From: Eledone cirrhosa
Taxonomy: Eukaryota
Length of the DNA stretch: 64,000 nucleotides
Assembly: GCA_964016885.1 (NCBI GenBank)
Contig: OZ024741.1
Span: 230,454,001 to 230,518,000, forward strand
Direction of reading: 5' to 3'
Below the pieces are notes generated by a model, which was not told the origin of the DNA, did no database searches, and saw only the letters and a program-made list of their open reading frames with translations. The position numbers and the translations under genes are program-made. How positions within the stretch are numbered: position 1 is the first letter of the stretch; every line of letters starts with the position of its first letter. Positions 1 through 10,899 of the stretch are shown in pieces.

Positions 1-146
1 GGGAACAGCAAGAACCCTCCTATACATCCTGAATATCTGAGGCTGCAGGTAGTGGCTTGATATTCATTTCAACAAACTTTCCAGTTAACTAACATCAATG
101 ACTGAGACTCAAAGAACAATAATAATAATAATAATAATAATAATAA
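1..146 (+). mobile_element. 3' end of an R4/Dong-type LINE (same family as 33981-36369) with (AAT)n tail
   Basis: 1-120 is nearly identical to 36231-36350 (gggaacagcaagaaccc...gactgagactcaaagaac) and is followed by (AAT)n. Confidence 0.85.
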
Positions 147-219
147 CTGTTTCTAATCTAGGCACAAGGCCAGCAATTACCCAGTGCATTACTGGTATTT
201 TAATAATAATAATAACAAT

Positions 220-570
220 AAGGCAACTCTGAAGAGAGGGAATTTAGTGAATAGCAATAATATCATGTTAGATAATAAGAGAACTAGATCAAACTTAAAC
301 ATACAAATACGTAGGAATCAACTAGATAATATTCAACACACACAGATGAAAGAAAAGATTAGAAAAGAATACTACGGAAGAATGAGTTTAATACTCAATA
401 CTGAACTAAATGCAAAGAATAAGGTGATTGGCATCAACACTTTAGCAGTCCCCGTAATGAGCTACAGCTTTAACATTTTGAACTAGATACTAAAAGAATT
501 AGCTGCAATTGATAGAAAAACAAGAAAAATAATAACCTCATTTAGAATACACCATCCAAAATCTGACTAA
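220..570 (+). mobile_element. R4/Dong LINE fragment, RT thumb region
   Basis: MKEKIRKEYYGRMSLILNTELNAKNKVIGINTLAVPVMSYSFNILN aligns by eye with MRERIRKECYRRVRAILRTELNARKRIDAINTLAIPVVTYSYNVIN in ORF 32272..32745. Confidence 0.8.
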
Positions 571-574
571 GAAT

Positions 575-1890
575 GGTCCCCTACCATGAACACAGAGGAA
601 ATATGCCTTATGCAATACTCGAACACTCGATGGTTGTGTGCAGGATATTTTCGCCACTCTGCGCACATTCCTGTCTGACTCGGCAGACGGTAATTCCATA
701 CCTGTAGAGTTTATCTCGTACTGCTGGCAAAATTCCCCTGTAGCACTGCCATGGGTTTCGGACTAAAAGTTCTCTTGAAACGTGTCGATACTTGATTTTC
801 CTCGACCCATAGAATCTCACGAAGAATGTCGCCATTTTGATTTGTAACTAAACCTCTCTATATAACTAAGGTGTAGTTTCTGCCGATTGCACTGCCCAAT
901 TGGCTAAGGACTGTGAGCGCTTGGAGTTATTCGATTTTCCAAGCGCTTCTTTTCAGTCTTCGCTTGACCTAGGACCTCAGCTCTGTTAAAGAGACGAACT
1001 GTGGAAAACTGCGTCTAGCAAGCTGTGACAACGTCTATTCCCCGTCGAGGTAGAGATGGAGATGACATAGCCTAGAGGTATGTTTGAACATCGTCAAACA
1101 TCGTTTGTTTGTAGTAAATCAACCACCTGTCCATTCGCACGTTTTCCTTCCCAAAAAAGTGAAAGAGCAAAATCCCCAGTGCGGTCAGATGTGGACCCAG
1201 CCAAGGCACGGTGGTCAGTCCGTAGAGACGTGATGTACGCGTTCACAAACTCTGGCCGACCTTTCAGGGATAGCTTCCTCTCAGACCATTACTGGGTAAG
1301 AATAGCCACCCTGCTCGCTACCTCCTCCATGTCTTTGTCCATTTGAAGCTCTGGACCAAATCAGTCTCGAGAATTTTAACAAATCACTCCATCCAGCGCC
1401 TAATAACGTTGTTGCAGTTGTCTCTACGGGCGCGAAGCCGCAGACCCACCGACTTTTGATGATTCATTTTTGCCTCTGTTGTCGCTACGTATTCCTCAAG
1501 AGGAGTGTAGATCAACTTAAAATGTTTCCTGTTTGACACTACTATTGTGAGATCATCGGCATATGCTGATACAGATCTTTCTCAACCTAGTTCGTGTCGG
1601 GTGCCCCTCAACGTCTCCAATCTGTGGAGGAGTGACCCGAGAATTAATATGTACAACAGAGATGCGAACCTAACGCATGATGTTGAAGCGTTCCGACAGG
1701 TAGCCGTTCACTATAATCAGTGAAGAGATATCGCTGTGCATTGCAGCAATCCATTCTCTGAATACCTCTCTGATGCCCGCTGCCTTGAGGACTACCGCCA
1801 GATACCGATGGTCAACTCCAGCGTAAGCTTTCGACTAATCTAAGTTGATCAGGGCCCCCACCCGTGTCCGGTCCCTTAACCACCCTCTAA
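575..1890 (-). mobile_element. Degenerate Tx1/L1-clade LINE fragment (RT to C-terminal Cys region)
   Basis: LPAVRDKLYRYG...ECAQSGENILH parallels ALPVRDKLYRHG...RCAQGEETVLH in ORF 25831..26463; the reverse complement of 1780-1860 matches 24925-25005. Confidence 0.8.
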
Positions 1891-1999
1891 TATGTATCGT
1901 ATTTGGGCAATTTGGAACATGACAAATTTCTAGGGAAGATGAAACGAAATGTGAATAAGTCTATCTAAAAACCTTAGGACTGCAATGGATTTTATCTAA

Positions 2000-2830
2000 C
2001 AGACTTAATTCTAATAGGGTCCCAGAGTAATCTAATCCCTAGAAAATATAGAAATAATAAAAGAAAAAAGTAGATACTTATCCTTAAGAAGTGAAAAGTT
2101 AAATGTGAGAGCAGGCTTGAAAAAGAAAGAAAAATCAAATACAAGATGTATATTATCCATAAATATCGAGGGCACATGAGAAGGAAATCAGAGAAATTAA
2201 CAAATCATTCTAACAAAATATGTAGAAAAAGACTCATTGATAAACAGGATTACATCTTCCAGGAGACAAAATATTTGAATATTATACCAAATGTATATTA
2301 ACAACATTAACATAACACCTGTGGATATGCCAACATCAAAGGAAATTCAAGGGAATGTGGAATAAATAGCGTCAATATTATAAAAGGCAGAATAGATTAA
2401 GATGTAAGAAGAAGAAAAAAACTATAGCATCGCAAAAATAGCCCACTATAACCGACATTAAATACTGCGCGCAACTGGAAAGACTCTGGGATTGACAAGT
2501 CCTTAATGTCAGAGGGCAGCACATGAACAATATGGTAATGGGTTTCAATCATATGATGAGCAGATTAAAATCAATGCTTGATACTAAAGTTTCACTTTAA
2601 ATATTACGCTTTAACATGTTTACCAACACCATATAAAATTCCTAACAGACTGGTTACTCATCTAAAGATCAATCACAGATTATCAGAAACGCAGAAAGGA
2701 CACCAGATATGGATGAATGGCGTCACAGAAAATATGAAGAAAAACATTAGCATGGCCTAAATTGAGTAACGAAAAGGATTTCATGGTATAACATATTAGA
2801 TTTCCTCTATATAAATAAAACATCCTGTAT
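2000..2830 (+). mobile_element. Highly decayed R4/Dong RT remnant
   Basis: Scattered motifs NWKDSG, LTCLPTPYK, QKG and NISMA occur in Dong RT order, with many stops. Confidence 0.55.
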
Positions 2831-2849
2831 AATTGTTTCTTCTTTTGGC

Positions 2850-3187
2850 ACATGGCCAGCAATTACCACAGCGCATTACTGGTGCTTATATTATCGACCT
2901 CGTAAGGATGAAAGCCAAAGTTACCCTCGGCCAGATTTGAACTCAGAACATAAAGCATCCTCCGATACTGCCAATAATGATTTCTAATTTACGCACAAGG
3001 ACAACATTTTTTTTTATGGTCGATTAACTCAACCCAGGGCGTTACGGGTTCTTTATTTTATCGACCCCGTAAGGATGAAAGACAAATTTAACGTCGGCGG
3101 TATTTAAACTGAGAACGTACAGGGCCGTAACTATATGCCACAAAGCATGGTGCCCAACGCTCCACCTATACTGATAATCCATCGCCC
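2850..3187 (-). mobile_element. Two Deu/Nin-domain tRNA-derived SINE copies
   Basis: Reverse complement of the gcctttcatccttacggggtcgataaaat core at ~2893 and ~3060. Confidence 0.75.
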
Positions 3188-3832
3188 AAACATTCCGAAT
3201 GATAAGATATATTAGCCATACCATGCCATGACAAAATCGAAAACAAACATATCTCTACATGACAAATAGAAGATGATATATAGTAGCCCAATACACAGTA
3301 AAATCTATACTCTCACCTATTCTTTTATTTAGACCTTACCATATTATCAAATCTACTGAACAAATCCTGTGGTTGGTATTCATGTTACATATTAACTGTA
3401 AACTATCTGCTCTTTATGGATAGCTTGAGAATATTTATAAGTGACAATGCCGAATCTGAAAATCTAGTACAATAATTTCATCAATTTAGTGTAGATATAA
3501 AACGTGTATGAGATTCTAAAAATGTCCGAAAGCTACTATAAGATAAGATAAATGAACTGAAACTAAAGTAAACAGGGACATCGAAATCAGACAATTAGAT
3601 GAGAAGACAACACAGATATTATGGAGAAAATTAGATAAGTATATTACCAATGAGTTTGAATAACTTTAGAAACTTCACTTTATATTAGATATACGGCATT
3701 ATGTATACATACACAAGTCAAATCAGTTATAAACTATAGAATCCAACATAAAAAAATAAAGGTTAAATGAATACACAAGCTTATATAGCTGCTGTCGTAT
3801 TGTTTTTTATGATAATAAATAAATGGAAATTC

Positions 3833-4950
3833 ATTTTTTTTTTTTTTTTAATCATAAACTGTTGTCATGTTTACAAAAATGATACGCGATGGGCCCACCC
3901 ACAGCTCGGGCGGATAGAATGGAGAAGGCGTTTCCCCGGAGGACGGCAAGGGAGACGCGCTGGAAAAGCCACTCCAGCTCATGGGGCTCACACCTGTGGC
4001 TGGCCAGCTCAGTGCCTATGGTGGTGAGTAAGGGGGTAGCCCTGGGGCCAAGGACACCAGAAGTCTCCACTGCCAGGGGTACAACCACAAACCTGTCGAA
4101 GAGCGACCGGTATTTGAGGAGTTTGGCCTCCTCAGCCCGATGTGCAGCAGAACCTGGGTCAGTCGCAGACTGCACCAGGTTGCGGCTGCAGAAAGTGTCG
4201 GTGCAAGTGGCATCCCAGACGAGGGGTTTGCCACCGCGGAACGGGAAGATGTTCATGCCATCTAGCCTTTTGCCGTCACCTAGATCCAGCCCCACCGGCT
4301 GGAGCTGGGAAGAGAAGCCTGCAGCGCCCAAGCCATGCTTAATGACCTCGTTGAGGGCAGCATGGCTTGGAATGCGGCCGTCACTGTGGTGACAGGAAAG
4401 CGGGTGTGGCTCGCATATCTGGAGGCCGAGCCTCAGGGAAACGCTGATGCGCAGGCTATTGTTGTCTAGCTGCGTGCTAGTGGAGAGGGAGGGCAGGGCA
4501 TGGAGCTAGATATCACTGTGGAGTTTGGAGGCCGCATGAAAGCAGGCAAGGCGGTGCTGGTCGTGCTGGCGCGTGAGCCTGCCTGAGGCCAGGCTGCACT
4601 GGATGGTATCCTAAGTGCGTTGGGGGTACTTGACGTCAACAGGGAGAGAAGGAGGAGGGACGTCTACTTGGCTAAGTTCCAACCGGTACCTCGCACAGGC
4701 GGCCTCACGTTATCTGAACACAGAGGGTTCTGTTGTGTTTTGAAGAACCCTGCTGACGAGGACGCGACACGAGGTTAACGACGAAAGATACGCCGGCAAA
4801 GCTAGTGAGATCGGGAACCGGAAGCCAAGGCCGCCATACCTGACAGATAAAGTGGCCTGTTGCCACCCTATGTCGTCAAACTTGACGTTGCATATCCCCT
4901 CGGCTGCTGCTCGGATACAAGTATCGAGGTCAGTGAGGAGAGATGTCTGG
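3833..4950 (-). mobile_element. 5'-truncated CRE-clade non-LTR retrotransposon (RT thumb, remnant Zn knuckle, restriction-like endonuclease) with poly(A) tail
   Basis: Motifs WQQATLSVRYGGLG, LRISVSLRLG.ICEPH, GKRLDG..WDATC, AEEAKLLKY, PLAVETSG and WLFQRVSLAVLRGNA; A-run (T-run on + at 3833-3849) directly after the stop codon. Confidence 0.85.
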
Positions 4951-6068
4951 TAACATCATTCTGAAGACATCATCTACCCTGCACACATAGAAGGTGTGTT
5001 CGATACAAATAGAAAATTACTAGAAAATAACAAAAATGTGACTAGAAAACTATTTACGTGCAAGCAAATAGAAATTGATTTCTGTAATAATGAAACAAAA
5101 ATCTTTCTTGTATATTTATTTATTTTTTTGTTTATATTGTACAACCTGGAAACTAATTATGTCGCTGTAGATCTGAAAGTAAAAATATTTTAGTAGCAAA
5201 AGATAAAATTTAAACGTGGTTCAAATTATACGGCAGACAAAGGGGTGTCAAAGATCACACCCTTGCCTAAATTCTCCGCAAGATTCGACAGAGAGGAAAT
5301 AAGATAGAAATACTGACAGTAAAAGAAGGCAATGTCTGATTTTGTTCATAAAGTAGACATCCTAAAAGACTGATGACCTTACACACCCTCCCAGAACTTT
5401 TCTAAACATTCCTGCACAGTAACAATGACGCAATTTCACCTGCCAATTCAACTGTCTTCTCTATTCCAAATCACAACTTATATGCTATACATTACCTATT
5501 ATATCTCCACAATATTCAAACTACACACAGTAATCCAAACCAATATCATAATTACATCATGTGAATTACATGTTATACCTCCACAGCATTCACAGCACAC
5601 ACAGGGGGGATAATATACGAAAACGTAGAGCCCAAACATATTCTGCGTAATCACATGTACCACATTTAGTCAACAGAAAGAAATATCAATAATAGTGTAC
5701 AAACAATAGATTAGATCTATCATGACTTGTGTCAGTCAACCGTTTACCACACAGTACACAAATTATAACTGATATATAACAGATTATATGCAAAGTGTAC
5801 ACACAGACCAACTACACACAAAAAAAATAAACAACAAAAAAAGATAATGATAATAAAAGACTGCTTGGGTATGCGAAGGACACGCTTTATTGCCAAAACA
5901 AACTTCATTACCTAGAAACACCTGTCACAATATGGAAAGAAACCCAGCCACAAATACATATACAACGACCTAAAGTATAACTACAACAGTACCTTCAAAA
6001 TCGGCCTCAATATCTCAGACAAAACAAACATTAATCATATACATACATAAGTACATATAACATCTTAC

Positions 6069-6194
6069 CTGCGTCGAATATAGTTTTGGAATGCATATAA
6101 ATATATTTAACATCAATATCTTTACAGCCCTGATAATCCCATATAACTTTGTGTTGTAACAGACGCCGAATTGATTGGACGCCACGGTGGATAT
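6069..6194 (-). CDS. Candidate 126-nt internal exon (possible downstream exon of the EGF-repeat gene)
   Basis: Acceptor tacctccag| and strong donor CAG|gtaaga; length divisible by 3; open in phase 1 (xIHRGVQSIRRLLQHKVIWDYQGCKDIDVKYIYMHSKTIFDA); no recognisable domain. Confidence 0.25.
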
Positions 6195-7314
6195 CTGGAG
6201 GTAGCATATGGCATTCCAACTACACATTTAGCATCAATAAACTTTACATCTTGTTAAGTCCCCAAAAATGATGGTGTCTCAAGGTTCAAAATATAAATAT
6301 TTCATAATTTTATTGTTTTATGCAAGTGATAAGTGTTTTATTACTTATTTCGAATGAAATAATTGAGTTTGAGTCCGTGTTTCAGGATGTATGTGTGTGT
6401 ATGTATGTGTGTGTATGTACGTGTGTGGTAGACAGAAAAAGATAAAGAGGGGAACAAATGGATCAAGACAGGGTGAGTTCATGTTTGGGAGAAAGGTGAA
6501 AATAGCGATTTCCCTTCTCAACACTGCGTTTTTCTTATCCTACTCCTCCAATAGAATTTTGTTTGCTTTTTTTCATGTATTTTCAATAAAATTTCCGTTT
6601 CTCTCAACTGACTGTTTATTTTCTGAACCTTTTGCATGGGATGCGTAGCATATTACTGGCATTTTCTAGTAGAGATCTGGATCTGTGTGACTGATGTCTT
6701 GCGGTTTTGTTGAGAAATGGCAACAGTGTTTCAAGACAAATGGACTAACATTTTATATAGCCTTATTATATAGATGATGGAACATGACCCTTCATCAGAT
6801 CGCATCACCTAAGTGGAATGAAATCATGTATGAGACATAATTTCCTACAAATTGAAAGAGTGATATCGCTTTCCTTACACCAAGCATTTCAATTTTGAGA
6901 GAATGCGCATGTCGAGAAAACGACTTTTAGTGTATATGAACGTGCCCCAACCAGAATTGCTAAAACGTCATGAGTCATTTTTCCTTTACTATCCAAGTCT
7001 CTCTTCTTTATCATCAAGGGTTGATCACCTAGCGTCTATATCTACATACATATAAATATATTATCCACATAGAATTCCTAAAACAAAATCATTTGACAAA
7101 CGCAATGTGTAATCAATCTCCTACGAAACTTTCAATATAAATGGCTGGCAAAATACACTTCTACTTCCTCTCCAAACTTTATTTTCATGATTCCTCCTTT
7201 TCTTACTGTCGTCTGTCCTTCCATTTCTTGTTTTATTATATGGTGGTAAGTTAACAGCTCAGGACCTCTCGTAACACGAACATCCAGCTTAGAATCGAGG
7301 AGACCAAAATCAAT

Positions 7315-7688
7315 AGCAATTATCCCAGTGTATTACTGGTACCTTATTTTATCGACCCCGTAAGGATGAAAGGCAAAGTTAACCTTGGCGGGATTTGAAA
7401 TCAGATCATAAAGGGCCGTAACTCCTTGCTGCAAAGCATGTCGTCCGACCCTCTACCGATACTGCCAATCCACCGCCCTTAGTAATAATAATAATAATTG
7501 TTTCTACTTTAGGCACAAGGCCAGCAATTATCCCAGTGCATTACTGGTACTTTATTTTATCGACCCCGTAAGGATGAAAGGCAAAGTTAACCTAGGCGGG
7601 ATTTGAACTCAGAATGGCAAGGGCGGTAACTCCTTGCTGCAAAGCATGTCGTCCGACCCTCTACCGATACTGCCAATTCACCACCCTT
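7315..7688 (-). mobile_element. Tandem pair of Deu/Nin-domain SINEs
   Basis: Two head-to-tail copies (7315-7479, 7495-7688) with tRNA-like head (ggcggtggattggcagtatcgg...gagttcaaatccc) and Deu/Nin core. Confidence 0.85.
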
Positions 7689-7974
7689 AGTGATAATAAT
7701 AATAATGATGATAATATTTCCTAGTGTTCATATGAGAATGGCGTTTATTGTGGGAGAGGGGAAGAGAGTGTGTGTGTGTCTTTACCAAAGCCAAACTGCT
7801 TTTTTATGGCTTCGACCACGCCGAGACGAGCCATAAACATGGGGGGATGACTTACCTTCTTGTTCGAGATGTGAAACTTGTTGACAGTACTCTAACATGT
7901 AGGTACTATCCTCTGTGGGGGGCTGTGGTAGTCAATCCCGGATCAACTGGTCTCGTCACTACACTAGTCTGACT

Positions 7975-8130
7975 CCATGCTTTGCAGCAAAGAGTTACGG
8001 CCCTTTATGGTATGAATTCATATCCCACCGAGGTTAACATTGCCTTTCATCCTTACGGGGTCGATAAAATAAAGTACCAGTAATACACTGGGATAATTGC
8101 TGGTCTTGTGCCAAAAGTAGAAACAATTAT
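7975..8130 (+). mobile_element. 5'-truncated Deu/Nin SINE
   Basis: gcctttcatccttacggggtcgataaaataaagtaccag core and gtagaaacaattatt tail. Confidence 0.85.
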
Positions 8131-9583
8131 TATATATATGTATTGAAGATTTGACAGTTTTTATCAGAAGCTTTATCAATGTATTTCTTTCCAATTAGTA
8201 TTGATGTTACTTCTTTTACTACCTTAAATACGATTTCGTTAATCCAGTACTGCATGGGAGATGAAATGCTGTTATAAAAGTTGTACTCTATATCTACGAA
8301 TTTCCTCTACGCAGACCCTACGATGCATGTCACTTGATATCATTTTTATTCTTTCTCTCTCTATTCTGATCTTTAAAAACATTTTTAAACTAAAATTTTC
8401 AGACATATATATGTTACCAACAGTATTTAAACATTATTAATATTTTGTGCTTCACTGTTTATTTATTACACACTATCTTTTACGATAGAATTTGTATTAC
8501 TGTACCTTTATTTTTATTTCTATCCCTTATTTATATATCTTATTTTTATCTCATATGTATTTTCTGATACTTTTTATCACTCATCCTTTGTTCCTTAATT
8601 TTTCCCATGACTACTAACGATATACAATTTCCTAAATATGCCTCTATCTCTTATTTTTGTTCTTTGCTTTTTTCCATGTTAACCCCATGACTGCTGGAGG
8701 TGGAGACTCCCCTAGCTGCGTTTGGGGCACCTGGGTCTGCTCACCCTCCTTCAGTGCTCGGGAAAATGTTTTTTCCCCTTTTTTCGGTATACCGTAATAC
8801 TCGGAACGGTTGGTGGGCCTACGGGCCCTAGGCTTGCTGGGGTTTCGTCATCTCAGTGGTCATTAAAGGCCAAACCACACTCCTTATATGGTAGATGTGA
8901 AGACTACCTCACCCCCGATAGAAATCTAACATTCAACAACGCGAAGAACCCAAGACGGATAGAAAAGTTTACTCAGTTTAAACTTATGTTATTTGTTTAT
9001 TACGTGTTATTTGTTTATTACACATTCAATAGAATCATTAACATAACTGGTATCTGTAATTTGACCATGTGCACGAACAATTGATCCTTTTCCATACCTC
9101 TTAATTCATTTTTTTTTAATTTAAAATTAAAAAATTAAAATTTAAAGATTATTTTAATCTATAATCCAAATTTAAATTTAACTCCTTAATTCTTAAATTA
9201 ACCTTAGTTTCTTAAATATTTAACCCTAAAATACCCTTAGCTTATAAACCCTCATAATTTCCTCTTACTGTTATGTACTTATTTCACCCCTTAATTTTCT
9301 ATTAACTTTAGACTGACCCCTGTAGAATTCCTTCTCTGTAACCCGACAATATCTACACCTCACACTTGTTTTTGAGGTCGAATGTTGTTAGACGGGATTG
9401 GCTGTAGCTAATAAACGGTGCAATCGCTGCCCATATAGTGAAATACCACGACAGAGTAACCACTCACAGTGAATCCACCCGCATGAGAACGGCATTCAAT
9501 TACCCCCGAGTCATAACCAAATCAATTGTCTTTTCATTGTCATTTTTACTTTCTCTGTCTTTTCTTAACTATTATGCAATTTT

Positions 9584-9641
9584 ACACTTGATGATGTCAC
9601 CGGGTTCATACGTAACCTGGCCACTGAAATGCGCATAGTGT
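9584..9641 (+). ncRNA. Type I hammerhead-ribozyme-like motif in a Penelope-type terminal repeat (core C>T variant)
   Basis: acac-TTGATGA-[stem II ccgggtt/aacctgg]-GAAA-tgcgca-TA-gtgt, followed by AATAAA and (TA)n. Confidence 0.6.
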
Positions 9642-9685
9642 CTGCAGTAATAAAATCTACCTGTCATTATATATATATATATATA

Positions 9686-9874
9686 GCGGTGGATTGGCAG
9701 TATCGGTAGAGGGTTGGACACCATGCTTTGCAGCAAAGAGTTACAGCCCTTTATGGTTTGAGTTCATATCCCGCCGAGGTTAACTTGGCCTTTCATCCTT
9801 ACGGGGTCGATAAAATAAAGTACCAGTAATACACTGGGATAATTGCAGGCCTTGTGCCAAAAGTAGAAACAATT
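9686..9874 (+). mobile_element. Full-length Deu/Nin SINE
   Basis: tRNA-like A/B boxes plus Deu/Nin core and tail. Confidence 0.85.
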
Positions 9875-9887
9875 ATATATATATATC

Positions 9888-10080
9888 GACAGACGATCGA
9901 CTTTCGTCAAATCGGACCGAGTAATCAAAACTATCTATCGGTCGCAACTCCGGGTAGAAAGGAGCAACGTGAAATTAAGTGTTTTGCTCAGGACATAACG
10001 CATCGCTCAATCCAGGAATCAAACTGACAACCTCACGAGTGCGAATCCAATTCTCTTACCACTCAGCCACGCGCCTTCAC
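9888..10080 (-). mobile_element. Second tRNA-derived SINE family (CORE/Meta-like central domain)
   Basis: Minus strand reads gtgaaggcgcgtggctgagtggtaaga...tcctgagcaaaacactt; further copies at 42430, 43185 and 52755. Confidence 0.8.
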
Positions 10081-10113
10081 TAAATATATGTATATCTATA
10101 TAAATATATATAA

Positions 10114-10860
10114 ACAGGTCAGTCTAAAATCTTTTCCTGAGTTCAACAATTTTTGTTGCTATGGCAATGCGGTTGGACTGCCGATCGCTATATTTGATAA
10201 ACGTATTGTTATTACTGTGGGGTACTATTCCCTATCGAGTGCTAAAACTACAGACCGAATTTGCATTCGTTAGCTTGGCCGCAAACTAAAGCTTCGTTAA
10301 TGCTGTACTAAAATTTGTATTTTAACTACTAGAATTAACGATTAATTGATTGATTTAATTAGACAATTCTATTGATTTATTAATTGTTCATGTTTGTTTG
10401 ATAACTTCTGGTTGAGTGCTTAATTCGGTTTGTCTAAGGGAATTTCATTCCTTTGTCTCAAATTTCGAATTCACCGCCAAAACGGGGGTTACCTCCCTTG
10501 GAGAAAACCACGTGTCTATAGCGAAATGTACTGCTCGAACACACCCACAGAGGCTAAAGAACACAAGACTTGTTGAAGAAGGAAATCCTTTGTTCTGACG
10601 TCAAAGACCATTAACTTACAGACCCCTGCAAGCGGAATTTGTCGATCTTGGATTTGCAGAAACCTAGCGTGGATGTTCTGTGTTGTATGTGATGTATATC
10701 GTATGCTATACGATATGCATTGTATGTTGCATTCCGCCTCCACGCTATGTCCAGGTCAGTCTACAATCTTTTCCTGAGTCCAACCATTTTCGTTGCTATG
10801 GCAATGCGGCTGGACTGCCGATCGCTATATTTGATTTGCAAAGCTGTCTAAACGTATTAT
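10114..10860. repeat. ORF-less ~640-bp unit with ~90-100-bp terminal direct repeat
   Basis: 10114-10198 recurs at 10752-10835; a permuted copy lies at 60825-61250. Confidence 0.75.
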
Positions 10861-10863
10861 AAA

Positions 10864-10870
<7 letters not shown>

Positions 10871-10899
<29 letters not shown>

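Noticed and set aside
3889-4392. 167-aa plus-strand ORF
   Set aside because: Antisense shadow of the GC-rich CRE ORF
6650-6970. Possible DNA-transposon remnant
   Set aside because: No motif or terminal repeat could be supported by eye
7315-9874. Repeated ~190-bp units with tRNA-like boxes considered as tRNA genes or a CRISPR-like array
   Set aside because: They are dispersed in both orientations, carry a SINE core and tail, and show no full cloverleaf or repeat-spacer periodicity
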